Below, one piece after another: positions 34,494-48,044 of a DNA stretch of 64,000 nucleotides (its first letter is position 1; every line of letters begins with the position of its first letter). Made by a program: the position numbers and the translations under genes. A model generated the notes under the pieces. That model did no database searches, had not been told where the DNA came from, and saw only the letters and a list, made by a program, of their open reading frames with translations. This DNA is from Eledone cirrhosa (taxonomy: Eukaryota), in NCBI GenBank assembly GCA_964016885.1, contig OZ024742.1, positions 245,334,001-245,398,000 of the forward strand, given 5' to 3'.

Positions 34494-36206
34494 AATATCA
34501 AAGAAACTGTCTGGAAAATGTTGCCTACTTGAGATAGTGAATAGATAATTATTTTTAATTTAGGCACAAGGCCAGCATTTATAGGTGAGGGGATATCATT
34601 TATATCAACCTCAGTACTTTACTGGTACTTTACTTTATTGACACTAAAAGACAAAATAAAGAACTGGAAGAAATACCACAAAGTACTTCATCCAATGCCA
34701 ATCCAGCACCCTGTAGTGAGCAATTAATGAATATGGTTTTAGTCTGCATCTTAGAGATAGTATAAGGACTTGATCTATGGAATACTAGAAAAACAACCAC
34801 TTCAATTTCATAATAGATAACAGAAGTATTTATGTCTGGGTAGCCATGTTGATGAACAGTTGAAATAGCAATTTTAACATAGAAAAAGGTTATAACTATC
34901 ACACACGAACACGGGGAAGATGTTACTCTCTGAACTTTTTTGAGACATAATTACATTTTTTTAAAGCTTTTGATACCAAACTGCCAGAAACCACCCCTCT
35001 TTCAACAACATCAAACTCTGTTTTAAAGTGTTTGTTCATCTAAAAAATTTCTATCATAATTCTATGTAAGAAATTCTATTAAGTTAGGCTTCAAACACCA
35101 ACATAATAACACGAATGTAAGTTATATTGCTAAATCCCCCCAAATCCTTAACTATTTTCAAAATTATTTGAAAATCATAGGCAGTGTCTTTCATTAGGAA
35201 TACGGTAATAAAATGGTTAAGAAAACCTTCAGTAAATAAGTCACAGATGTGATTAGTAGCAACTTAAGTTATCACTGTTTTGCCCCAGATCAGGGATGTA
35301 ACCATACGTTACAAAGCATATTGTCCAATGCTCTACTGATACTGCCAATTCACCACCCATTTTTGATTAGTTTCAAAATTATTAGAGAGGACACATTATA
35401 TAACATAGTCTTACATAATACCTAATGCTCATGGTGGCAAATTGGCAGAGTCATCAGAATGCTGACTAGAGTGCTTTAAGGTATATGTTCTGGCTCTGTG
35501 CTCTCTCACTTCAAATCCCACAAAGGTCAACTTTGCCTTTCATTCTTTTGAGGGCAATAAAAAAAAGTCCCAATTCAGTACTGGAGTTTATTCTTCTTCT
35601 ATATCTCTTTCTCACTTCCTCTCTCTCACTTTTTATCCTTCTCTGGAAGGAATCTGCTGTGTTCAGACCTGAGGAGGTATGGGCTCCACCAAGCTTAAAA
35701 TGCCTAAGAAATGCCATATGCCACTACAGCACCGCTACGACACCATCAGGAGTTAAGGCGACCATACCACCAATCTTTCTTCATTCATCCATTTCATTAG
35801 ATGCACTCTTGCATAATATCCAGTTGTCTTCTTTCTCTACCTAAACTGTCACATAAGTTCATTCATCTCCAATTTCATAAAGTGCTCCCCTGCATCTATT
35901 GCCTCAATGTGTTACTGCCATATGTTATTTTTTCTTATACATGCATTATATAGTTCATTTCACTATTCCTAGAGAATCTCTTTGTCAGCTGAAACATAGT
36001 CTACTAAATTTCTTCTCCTAACTCCACAACATAGATCAGATACTAATGCTATAGCTTTGTCTACTTGAAGTAATACTCTGATCACTTAAAATAGAAAAGG
36101 AATATCCATCTATATACACATGATGATGATGATGATGATGATGCACACCAAATTCCTCAGAGCCATCTATAGTATTCAGGCCATGTTTATTTGTATTATT
36201 GTACCA

Positions 36207-36390
36207 GGATTGGCAGTATCGGTAGAGAGTCGGACGCCATGCTTTCCAGCATAGTTACGTCCCTTTACGGTCTAAGTTCAAATCCCGCCGAGGTTAACTT
36301 TGCCTTTCATCCTTACAGGGTCGATAAAATAAAGTACCAGTAATGAACTGGGTAATTGCTGGCCTTGTGCCAAAAGTAGAAACAATTATT
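36207..36390 (+). mobile_element. SINE family A with TSD
   Basis: Family consensus; TSD ATTATTGTACCAG. Confidence 0.85.
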
Positions 36391-37043
36391 GTACCAGTGC
36401 CTGTGGCATATTTCAACTGTTAATTTCCTATGTCAGCTTAAACCCTACAACATCTCCAATGTCCCCAGTAATTGCATTGTCTATACATCTTTAATCTACC
36501 TATTAATCACATTGTTTATACAATATTGACTTCCTCTCTATCTCTTCCCTGCATATCATAAGAAGCAATAAAAGAGTTTGACACCCAGAAAGACATATTA
36601 TAACACATTGTTGCAAAAAAAGACCTCATGATGAGTGTGAAGCATGGCATGGGTCCTGCTAATTTAGAAAGGAAAATAGCCTTAAAGCATTTGTTGTTAT
36701 CTACCTTTTCCAGAAATACCGATGGTAGTCATTTCACTGATGCAATTCCCAATCACTTAACCTAAGTGCACACATATTTTTATAGTTTGATTTGGAGGAA
36801 TGTATTGTGGCCATAGTCTTCATAGGCCCTCAGAGACTGGTGAAATTGGTGTTGTTAATGTCCCTGTTAAACAGCAAAGCAGTGGCAGGAAAACATAGGC
36901 AAAAAGGAATTTCAGAAGGAAGACATTGAGGGAAGAAAGGACTAGAAAAAAGATAGTACATTAACATATATTTTGAACCCCTTCATTTGGAATATTTCAA
37001 CCCTCTTATTGCAGTGTAAGGTGTGGGAATGTGTGTGTGGAGG

Positions 37044-37545
37044 GGTGACAGAATTGCTAGGGCATCAGACAAATACTTTATAGTATTTGTTTCAGTTCTT
37101 TACATTCTGAGTTCAAATCCTGCTGAGGGCATCTTTGCCTTTCATCTTTTCAGGGTTGATAAAATAAAGTAGTGGTGAAGTTTTTGTTTTGCTTTTTTTT
37201 ATCAACAAACAAGATCCCAGACCTCATTTGCTTACTGGGTGAGATGCACCTCATCAAATTGGACCAAGAAAACAATATTTCCATTGATCTTTCTATTGCT
37301 GATACTATCTACTGGTCACAACTCCTGGCAGAAGGAGAAACATGAAATAAAGTGCCTTGCTCAAGAATATAATGCATCACTCGGTCCAGGAATCAAACTC
37401 GCAACCTTATGATTGTAAATCGAATCAAATTCTCTAACTACTAAGCCACCCACCTTCAAAAATTGGTGAAGTACTGGGGCAGATTTAATCAATTTTCCCT
37501 TTGCTTAAATTTCCTGTCATTGTGCCTAAATTAGAAACCATTATT
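37044..37545 (+). mobile_element. older SINE family A copy split by a family-B SINE
   Basis: Family-A core stops at ~37180 and resumes at ~37465; duplicated TGGTGAAGT flanks the minus-strand insert 37205-37457. Confidence 0.7.
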
Positions 37546-38880
37546 GCAGTGTAGAGGGTTTTTATGGTTATGGGGTTAAGATCATAAGTTCAGATCTTAC
37601 AACGGCCAATTTATTGTGTTCCCAATCAAAGTACATGACTCTACTTTTTGCAGTTTCCTGACTTAACTTGCAGGCTCTGCTCTTCCTAACTGAGTGATTA
37701 GGAAGCAGTAAAATTAATAGTCCCAATAAACCATGTCAACCATGATGGAACAGAAAAAATGGATGGAAAAACAGTAAAAAAACAAACAAAAAACAAAAAC
37801 AATACCCAACTATCATCTACATAGGTGAGTGTTTTATTGACGTTTTCTGTTTATATCTGAGCTGATATTGTTTTGAATATGAAGCTTTTCAAGTGTATAC
37901 TCTTTACCTACTCACTAAAGCCTTGGATTTAAAGTTAACTGTGTTATTTGTCACTGCTTATCTGTATTACTTGTTGATGAAAATAAAATCATTGTCCTTG
38001 GAGAGCTTCTATATGATTGCTTGATCTGCTAAAAATAGCAACCAAACCTCTTTCAAATCATAACTTTCTGTCATCATCATTATCATTATATGCCTGCTTT
38101 TCCATGCTGGCATGAGTTGGATGAGTTGTTTGTTACAGACCAAACCAATACCTAATTGGAGGTATATTGTCCTCCTAGACAAATCAGTCGACTACAAACA
38201 GATATGTTTCATTTAGATATGGCTTCTACAGCTTGATACTCCTTCTAAGATGAATAGAGGATACTGGATGCATTTCATTGTGTCACCAACAATAGAGAAG
38301 CTGTTTTTGTTATGACAAAAAATAAAAAGGATAATGAAATGTAATTACTTAATAATAAGAAAAAATTGGCCAATTGCTACAAGTAGGTTAAATGGTAAAA
38401 CTATCAGAACTTTTTTCAGGTTTGTAGAGTGTTAACGAATATAGTTTGTTATTGCACCATCAATATTGATAAAAAAAAATGATAAAAAAAAGGAACAAAA
38501 AAACAAAGCAATTAGATAGAAACCTAATCCACTCTCCTCTAGACTACTTTTATCTTAACTATTTGATTACTATATTTCTAATGAAAGACACTGCCTATGA
38601 TTTTCAAAACATTTGAAAAATAATCCAGAATTTTCAGGGATTTAGAAATATAACTTTCTTATTATTAACGCTTTTGATATCAACCTGGCTCTCATTACGA
38701 AACAAAACCACCCATTTTAAAGGGTTCCTATATAAATTAAAATCTTCCAACATAATTTTAGCAAATGGTTTAAAATTCTATGTTGATTAATTAAAATAAG
38801 ACTGTGTTTCATTAGAAATATGGTCATGAAAGGATTAATTTGGTGTTTAGAACATAACTTAAAGATTCTTACATCAAATT

Positions 38881-39038
38881 ATAATTGTTTCTACTTTTGG
38901 CACAAGGCCAGCAATTATCCCACTGGTACTTTATTTTATCGACCCCATGAGGATGAACGGCAAAGTTAAATTCGGCAGGATTTGAACTCAGACTGCAAAG
39001 GGACGTAACTCTATGCTGCAAAGCATGGCGCCCGACCC
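38881..39038 (-). mobile_element. SINE family A
   Basis: Family consensus in reverse. Confidence 0.8.
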
Positions 39039-39084
39039 TAGGTTTTTAGATAAATATAAATACTTTAAAGTAAACAATTTTGTA

Positions 39085-41706
39085 ATAATGATAATGAAAA
39101 TTATTGTGTACAGTGCTCAGGTGCACTACAACTCATCAAAGGTGCATGCATAATACAAAGAATAATTGTTTCTACTTTAGGCACAAGGCCAGCAATTATC
39201 CAGTACATTACTGGTATTTTATTTTATCGACCCCGTAAGGATGAAAGGCAAAGTTAACCTTGGCGGATTTGAACTCAGAACGTAAAGGGACATAACTATG
39301 CTGGAAAGCATGGCGTCTGACCCTCCACCGCCCATAATACAAAGAATAATGTACAAAAGTCAGGAAAGTGAACAGTGTATGAATCATGATATACACAGAC
39401 ACACACATGAATTCATGTGTATGGAAGGGGAATATCAGGTGTAGTGTTGTTGAATTTCAGGAAACATGGAAATTTTGAAGGATGCAGTGTCTCAACATCT
39501 AACAACTGATGCAGGTACTTTGTTCCATGCTTCAGCAACTCTGAGCGTGAGAAAATGTTTCAGAAAGTCATGAGAGCTGTACTGTTTCCTGATTTTATAA
39601 GCATGTCCACAGGTGTTATCCATATGGAATTCAAAAAGGTACCCAGAGTTGTTGTTGGAAATATGGTTAATAATCTTGCCAGATGTCAGAGCTTTAATGT
39701 ATCTATGCCCAGGGAAGCAAGGCATTCAATGTGTGGTAGAAGCCTGGTGGAGGGTATTTGTTTGGTTGAACGTTTCTCAAACGTTTCCATGAGATCAATA
39801 TTCTGAGAAAGATAGAGGGTCCAGACTGGTGAGACAAATTGTAAGTGTGGACGTACCATAGCTATATACCACTATAAATAGATAGCTTGAGAGTGGCTGA
39901 CAAATGTTTTACTGAGTGATGCTATAAAACCCTCGGTCTTGTTGACAATTTTAGATATGTACTTTGTCCAACACAAATCACTGTTGACAATAATGCCTAG
40001 GTCACATTCACAAGAAGACTTCTTGAGATTGGTGTTGTGGAGGGAGTATGTGAAAGCTAGGTTTTTTCCTTTCAAAATGCATGGTAGACACTTGTCCACA
40101 ACCAGCTTGAATTGCCAGTCTGTAATCCATTGCTGAATTGTGTCCAGGTCTGATTGCAGGAAAGATCTATAGCATACAGAATCTGTCCTTTTTATCTCAA
40201 GGTACAGCTTAATGTTGTCTGATATTTCAGCACTGTGGCATCTTTCAAGTTGGCATCTATGTCATTAATATATGCAACAAACAAAAGGGGACAAAGAACA
40301 CATCCCTGTGGTACACCAAATGTCATCTCATAGGATGAAAAAGAACCGTGACTACCTCTTTTCGATTGAGAATATATAGTCTTGAGCTATAAGTCTTTTG
40401 TGTGGTACATAATTAAAAGTTTTAGCAAAGTCAAGATAAATAACATCCACACATAAGCCGCCATTAGTGATTCGGGTAATGTCTTCAGGAAACTCAATGA
40501 GCTGACCACAGCAGCTGGAGTTTGGGAAATCCAAATTGCGAGGGACAGATAAGGCTGTGAGAGTTCCAGAAGTTCCAGAGTGTTTCTCTGACACAGGACT
40601 CCATCAGTTCAGTGATGCAGCTAGTAAGACTGACTGGACAATAGTTGATAGGCGATGAGTGATCACCTTTTTTGAACAGAGGAATGACACTGGGAGTTTT
40701 CCACTACACTGGGGTATCACCATTTTTAAGGCAGAATTGGAAGAAGAGAGAAAGCTGGTGCAGAAGAAAGTACCCATCACGTTTGAGAAGCAGGTGTGTA
40801 ACACCATCAAGACCATAAGGGGCATAGTCGCGCTTATTCTTGAGGTGGTGTTGCAACATTGCAGGTGTAAATTCCATAGTTGGTATAGAACTTGATGTCA
40901 GAGGTGGTGGAGATAGTACATTTTGATTTTCAACAGTAAAAATACCTGCATAGTATTCAGCAATAAGTTCTGTGCATTCTCTGGGATTATCAGTACTCCA
41001 GCCTATGTAGGGATTGCGAAGAGGACCAACTCATCTGTGCTTTGAATGTACATATTTCCAGAATACTTTGCTGTCAGGGCTGGTTGTTATACGCTATTCA
41101 AATTCAAGCACTGCTATTTTTGCCACCTGCATCAGATGGTTAGACGATCTATTGCACTTTTTTCTATTAAACTCTGATCTATGTAGTCTGTATTCCCATT
41201 CAGCATCACAACGTTCTTTCCTGGCAAATCGGACTACTGCAGTCTCCCAAATTGCACTTTTGGGGTGTTTTTTGTGCTTACATGGTACTGATACTGCACA
41301 TGCTGTCTATATTGAGTTCAGGATGTCCTGAAGTATAGTGTTCACATCTCCAGAAACTTAAAAGCCAGTTTGGGTGTTGTAGCTCAGTGCTACAAGAATT
41401 CCAGTCTGCTTTATACTAGTCAAAGCAAGCAGTTTGGAGATGGTTGTAGTTTTTGTTACTGCCCATAAGAAACAGATTGGCAATAATCATAGCATGGTCA
41501 GAGTCACCTAAAGGTTCCTCAGTAGAGACACTGATAACCATTTCAGGAGTAGTAGTAAAGAGCAGATCCAAAGTGTTGTTACCTCTTGTAGAAGAGGTGA
41601 CTACTTGGGACCAATTTGAATCCAGCACTAGCTCAAGGAAATCATTTGCACTTTGCGGCCAACAAAAGGCTTCCCAACCAATCTCAGGTTAATTGAAGTT
41701 GCCTGC
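39085..41706 (-). mobile_element. CR1-type LINE, decayed 5'-truncated copy
   Basis: Fragments DVIYLDFAKTFNYVPHKRL, CECDLGIIVNSDL, NTLDLLFTT...LGDSDHAMI; colinear with 55845-58340. Confidence 0.9.
39164..39333 (-). mobile_element. SINE family A nested in the CR1 3' UTR
   Basis: TSD CATAATACAAAGAATAAT on both sides. Confidence 0.85.
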
Positions 41707-43057
41707 AATGGGCAGTTTCATATGGTTTGGTATCAAAAGGGTTAAATAGGATTACAAAATTGTAAAAAGATAAAACATGATATTTTATGCTGAGAAAATG
41801 ACAAAAGTAGTAGATGAATAATGAAATGCAAGAAGAATTTGTGAAAAATACCTTCCCATTACTGTAATAACTAGAATATAACACAAGAACTATCCTATAC
41901 TATTACCTTATGTTACCAATTGAGAACAATAGAGAGGTTTGTATAATATTACATAATTCCTTATTCAGTTATGTTACAATAGATATACAAGTACTGAGGT
42001 ATTTATTTTTAGTGTCACTGTCCTGTACTGGTGGATAGGTGTTGTGTAATATGACGAATTGTCCGTTAATTCAATCCTATATTATTTTCTTTGTGGGGTT
42101 CATTTTTTTAGATATAAGATATATTCTAAGAAATTTGATATGGATCACATAAAAAGAAAAATGTGTTTCGTTGTATAATGGAAGTGATATTCAATACTAT
42201 CCTATTTTCATTTCCCTATATTTACATCAATTGTTCAAAGCCTATGTTATCATTTAAGTCAGAGGTCCCTATATTGGTCAATATCGATCCCTAAGAATCA
42301 ATGGAACTTCCCAGGATTTTTATTTAACTTTTGGGCTAAAACCTGACATTTGTATAAAAAAATGAAAATACATAAAATAATACAATAAAATACAGCTTGC
42401 ATATACAGGTTTCTGATTTATATATGTCTATTTTATATTCCCTTTATCTATTTTTTTAGTACATGGCTGAAGTTAATGGAGGGAGGGTATGGATTCCATG
42501 AGAAGGGGCATCAATTGTCTAAAAAGTTTAGAGATCCTTGATTTGAATTAAATTTTGAAGATCAATTTCAATTACCAAACCACCTGAAACTGCCCCTGGT
42601 TTTACAATGTAATGCTGTTTATTTTAAAGTGTTTAGAGTTATCTAAAATCTTTCTATAATTTTATGTAATAACATTTGTTAAGTTATGTTCCAAATAATG
42701 AGAAATTTAGTTATATTACTAAATCTTTACAATTTCTTGAGTGTTTTGAAAATGATTTGAAAATCATAGACAGTGTCTTTCATTAGAAATGTGGTAAGGA
42801 AAGGGTTAAATATGAAATAGATGACAAATATAAAGACTGAAACAGTTTATAAAATTACTGAATGGCAACTACAAAGTTACTTCACTGTTTTCTAAAGTAA
42901 GATATTACAATTGGTGGCTTCACTAATTCAATAATTACATTTGAGAGATAATTAAATTACAAACAGTATGTTGGTCATTACTAGGCTCTAACAAGGATGT
43001 TATTCTGATGTGGTGAATTAGCAGAATTGTACAATCGACAGAAGAAATGCATTGAAG

Positions 43058-44165
43058 TATTGGGTTGGTCAAACAGTCTGTTCGGTTTTCTTAGTGAAAA
43101 TGAGAGACAGTTTTAAACCCAAAGTAATTTATTTAATCAATGATATATTTGCCATTTCGTTCCAGCACCTTCTGCCATCTTCTAGGTAGATCCATTATTT
43201 CATCTCTTTACTGGCGTTGAACCCTTCCAAATGCATTTTCATATCTTTTGAAGAATTGAAGTTCTGTCCATTCAAAGAATTTTGAAGAGACGGAAACAGG
43301 TGAAATCTGAAGGAGCAAGGTTGGGAAAATATGGAAAGTGAGGAAAAACTTCCCTGTCAAGCCCTAGAAACTTCTGCCACATCTCCAAAGAAGTGTGTGG
43401 TCTGGCATTGTCTTGATGAAAGACAATACTTTTTCAATTGGCAAATAATGGATGCTTCTGGTGGATTGCTGTGTTTAATTTATCCAGCTGTTCACAGTAC
43501 ATATCCGAATTGATGGTCTTGTTTGTGGGAAGAAACTTGTAAAAAACGACACCTTTTAAATCACACCAAATTGAAAGCATAATCTTCTTTGGGTGAAATC
43601 CTGCTTTGGAGGTTGTTTGAGGTGGTTCTTGGCACTTCTTCCATGATCATTTTTGCTTCATATTGTTAGAGACAATCCATTTTTTGTCATCAGTTACCAT
43701 TTTCTTCAAAATGGGATCATTTTCTTCAAGTTTAAACAAGAAATTGCAGATGGAAATCCATAGTGCAAAGTTGGGTTCATTCAATTCATGGGAAACATCA
43801 AGACTGCTGACATAACCAAGTATATACAGATGGTTTTCAACACTTGATTTGGATATCTGGAGAATATCTGTGATCTCCCTGGTTATAAGACAGGAGTTGG
43901 TGTTGACTAACTCCTTCACTTGGTCGCTGCTAACCACAGTTGGCCATTCAGAGCAATGTGCATCTTCAATTGAAAAATTTCCCGATTGAAATCTTGAATA
44001 CACATTCTGGCATACACATTCTATAACATCATCCTCTTTGTACATAACACATATGTTCCAGCAACTTTCTGATGCTTTCTTACCTTTTTTAAAATAAAAA
44101 AGCATGATGTGTTGATAATTTTCATTACCACATTTCTAATGAAATATAAGGCCTATGATTTTCAA
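43058..44165 (-). mobile_element. mariner (Tc1/mariner) transposon, decayed
   Basis: TA-TTGGGTTGGTCAAA terminal repeat at 43058; transposase remnants MLFYFKKGKKASES...RFQSGNFSIED..., MVTDDKKW (TGDEKW motif), PYFPNLAPSD (YSPDLAPSD motif) near 43305-43335. Confidence 0.88.
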
Positions 44166-44236
44166 TTAATTTTTTAAATAACCAAAAATTTGGAAGCGTT
44201 CAGTAATATAACTAACTTTTTTATTAAGTTGCTGTT

Positions 44237-44540
44237 TAGGTGAAAAACTTCATTTTTTCAGCTTTTTAGGGCTTTTTTGAGGTGTTACATCTAGCCGATT
44301 TTCCCGAAATTTCAAGGCATATTATGCACATAATAAAAATTCATTTTCTTGATCCCCTAGGTGAAAACCTGCATTTTTCCTGCTTCATCGAGGAAAATCT
44401 TAAAGATTATCCAGCCATCAGAGTATTCGATTTATTTTCTTTACATATTGTCCAGGCATGCAGTTTTTCCACGATTAGGTCTGTTGGCAGCCCGCGTTCC
44501 AAAATACCTTAACCCATGCAACGCCGGGTACCACTGCTAG
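44237..44540 (+). mobile_element. non-autonomous Helitron 3' portion
   Basis: Ends CCCATGCAACGCCGGGTACCACTGCTAG|T, same terminus as 54170-54199; 5' end not seen. Confidence 0.7.
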
Positions 44541-45201
44541 TAACTTATAAAAAAGCCCTTACATAAAATTATGAGCAACACAAAAACTTTAAAACAGAGG
44601 GTTTTTCATTGTAGCAGGTTTGTACCAGAAAGGGTTAATCAAAAGTCTAGATGGTAGATACATACTTGACCAAGTAATGTTACACATGCACAACCACACA
44701 CAGAATGGAACGGAATGGATATCTGTCAATTTAAAACAACAGAACAGCCTGCTTATGCAATTAACGAGCAAGTGGCTGAGCATTCCTCAAACATATAAAT
44801 CTCAAGGACATTCAGCACGACACAGTGTACAAGGCTGGCCCTTTAAATTACAAGTACAGTTCATCATCAAATGGACTTCTACTGTGTTTCATTCACAAGA
44901 TGTGGGTTGACGCAAGACCATGTTAAATGACATTTGCTAAAGATGCCATGTAATGGGATTAAACCTGGGATCTAATGATAACAAAGCTAATTCCTGAACC
45001 ACATACACCCATACATGTCTGTGCATAAATAGTTAAAACTTTCACTAGGCTGATTTGAGAGAAAGAAAGAGAGAGAGAGAGCATTATAATGAGAGATAGC
45101 AGAAGAATCAACTCCAGTACTTGATTGACACTTTATTTATCAAACTTGAAAGGATAAAGGGCAAAGTGTAGTGAGCCAGAACAAACACCAATGTAATAAT
45201 A

Positions 45202-45508
45202 ATAATTGTTTCTACTTTTGGCACAAGGCCAGCAATTATTCCAGTGTATTACTGGTACTTTATTTTATTGACCCCGTAAGGATGAAAGGCAAAGTTAACC
45301 TCAGCAGGATTAGAAATAATAATAATAATTGTTTCTACTTTTGGCACAAGGCCAGCAATTATCCAGTGCATTACTGGTACTTTATTTTATCGACCCCGTA
45401 AGGATGAAAGGCAAAGTTGACCTCGGCGGGGTTTGAACTCAGAATTGGAAAGGGCCGTAACTCTATGCATCTAAGCATGGTGTCCGACTCTCTACTGATA
45501 CTGCCAAT
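45202..45508 (-). mobile_element. two tandem SINE family A copies (one truncated)
   Basis: Family 3' end AATTGTTTCTACTTTTGGCACAAGGCC appears at 45204 and 45327, each next to (AAT)n. Confidence 0.8.
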
Positions 45509-46960
45509 GAAATTATTGTGTACAGTACTCAGGTGCACTACAACTCATCAAAGGTGTATGTATAATACAAAGAATAATGCACAAATGTCAGGGAAGTGAA
45601 CAGTGAATGAGTCATGGTATACATGTGTGCATGTGTATGGAGGGGGAGTATTAGGTGTAGTGTTGGCGAATCTCAGGAAGCATGGAGGTTTTAAAGGATG
45701 CAGATAACAATTGATGCAGGTAGTTTGTTCCATGCTTCAGCAACTTTGAGCGTGAAAAAATGTTTCCGAAAGTCATGGGAGCTGTGCTGTTTTCTGACTT
45801 TGTTGGCATGCCCACGTATGTTAGACACATGGAAATCAAAAAGGTACTCAGGGTTGTTGTTGGCAAGATGGTTAATAATTTTGTGGGTGTTTACCAAGTC
45901 AGTTGCCAAACGTCGGAGCTTCAATGTATCCATGCCCAGGGAAGCAAGGCATTCAGAGTACGGTAGATGCCTGATGGAGGGTATTCGCTTGGTTGCACGT
46001 CTCTGAACAGTTTCCAGGCGGTCAATGTTCTGAGCAAGATAGGGGTTCCAGACTGGTGATGTAAATTCTAAGTGTGACCGCACCATAGCTATATACAGCT
46101 TTAAATAGATAGCTGGAGAGCAGCTGACAAAGGTCTTGCTGAGTGATGCTAAGACACCCTCGGCCCTCTTGACAATTTTAGAGATGTGCTTCGTCCAATG
46201 CAAATCGCTGCTGACAGTAATGCCTAGGTCACATTCACAAGAAGACTTCTTGATTTTAGTGTTGTGGAGGGAGTATATGGACACTGGGTTTTTACTCCCA
46301 AAATGCATGGTGGTACACTTGTCCACAGCCAGCTTCAGTTGCCAGTCTGTAATCCATTGTTGAATTGTGTCCAGGTCTGATGGCAGGAAAGATTTATAAC
46401 ATACTGAATCTCTCCTTTTTATCTCAAGGCACAGCTTGATGTCATCTGCATATTTCAGTACTGTGGCATTCTTTAAGTTGGCATCTATGTCATTAATATA
46501 TGCCACAAACAAAAGGGGGCCAAGAACAGATCCCTGTGGTACACCAGATGACATCTTATATGGTGAGGAATGCTGTCCTAGAACCGTGACTACCTCTCTT
46601 CGACTGAGAATGAAGGACTTCAACAAGTTAAAAAGATCATCCTTCACACCCATTGCAGAGAGTTTTGCCATAAGTCTTTTGTGTGGCACAGAATTGAAAG
46701 CTTTAGCAAAGTCAAGGTAAACAACATCCACCCATGAGCCGCCATCAGTGATCCGGGTGATGTCTTCAAGAAACTCAATAAGTTGATCACAGCAGCCAGA
46801 GTTAGGGATAAATCCAAATTGCGAGGGCCGGATAATACTGTGAGAGTTCCAGAAGTTCCAAAGCGTTTCTCTGACACAGGATTCCATCAATTTGGCAATG
46901 CAGCTAGTAAGACTGACTGGACGATAGTTCACAGGTGATGTGCGGTCACCCTTTTTGAAC
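45506..46960 (-). mobile_element. CR1-type LINE, 5'-truncated, RT frame still open
   Basis: NYRPVSLTS, QFGF, VYLDFAKAFNSVPH, GVPQGSVLGPLLF, KYADD, DLGITV, LETVQRRATK; 3' UTR shared with other copies. Confidence 0.93.
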
Positions 46961-46964
46961 AATT

Positions 46965-47444
46965 CAGCTAACTGGAAGACATATAAAGTGAATAGAAGCA
47001 AAAATACGCACATATGCACACGAGGTCCAAAAAGAGGAGCCGAACTCCCACTGTCATCACCTGTCTTTCTCACCCTCCTCATCCCTCACTATTATGAGTA
47101 AATAGGGCACCTTGCCATGGCTGCCCCATGGCCCCGGTGGACAGAAGGGAGCAGGTGTTTCCCCAGAGGATGGTGCGGGAGATGCACTGGAAGAGCCATT
47201 CCATGTCGCGAGGCTCACACCTGCAGCTAGCCAGCTCAGCACCTATGGTGGTGAGTAAGGAGGTAGCCCAAGGGCCAAGGATACCAGAAGTCTCCACTGC
47301 TAGGGGCTCAACTGCAAACCTGTCGGAGAATGACTGATACTTTGAGAGTTTACTCTCCTCAGCCTGAAATGCAGCAGAGCCTGGGTTAGTCGCAAACTGC
47401 ACCAGGTTGCTGCTGGAGAATGTGGCGCTGCATATGGCATCCCA
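46965..47444 (-). mobile_element. CRE-like RLE fragment plus its 3' UTR
   Basis: WDAICSATFSSSNLVQFATNPGSAAFQAEESKLSKYQ...EPLAVETSG...WLFQCISRTILWGN; UTR homologous to 54590-54670. Confidence 0.8.
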
Positions 47445-47931
47445 AGCAAAGAAAAATTACAATTGGATATCCTGATGACTCAAAGTTATAGAGCAAAGAA
47501 GAATTACAATTGGATATCCTAATGACTCAAAGTTATAGAGCAAAGAAGAATTACAATTGGATATCCTAATGACTCAAAGTTATAGAGCAAAGAAGAATTA
47601 CAATTGGATATCCTAATGACTCAAAGTTATAGAGCAAAGAAGAATTACAATTGGATATCCTAATGACTCAAAGTTATAGAGCAAAGAAGAATTACAATTG
47701 GATATCCTAATGACTCAAAGTTATAGAGCAAAGAAGAATTACAATTGGATATCCTAATGACTCAAAGTTATAGAGCAAAGAAGAATTACAATTGGATATC
47801 CTAATGACTCAAAGTTATAGAGCAAAGAAGAATTACAATTGGATATCCTAATGACTCAAAGTTATAGAGCAAAGAAGAATTACAATTGGATATCCTAATG
47901 ACTCAAAGTTATAGAGCAAAGAAAAATTACA
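47445..47931. repeat. 47-bp tandem array, 10 full copies plus 17 bp
   Basis: Unit AGCAAAGAAGAATTACAATTGGATATCCTAATGACTCAAAGTTATAG, period 47 checked from 47445 to 47915. Confidence 0.97.
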
Positions 47932-48044
47932 GTTGAAAGTTAAACTTTCCTTACAAAATATTTTCTAGAAAACCAATCCAGAAATAATGACATGGAAAAC
48001 TTTATAAAATCTGTTAAAGATTTCTTCACTGTGGTGTTCAGTCA

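Noticed and set aside
47445-47931. 47-bp array as a CRISPR array or a hammerhead satellite (first unit has CTGATGA-CTC...GAG)
   Set aside because: No unique spacers and a eukaryotic context. The hammerhead needs GAAA after stem II but has CAAA, there is no stem III/NUH, and nine of ten units read CTAATGA.
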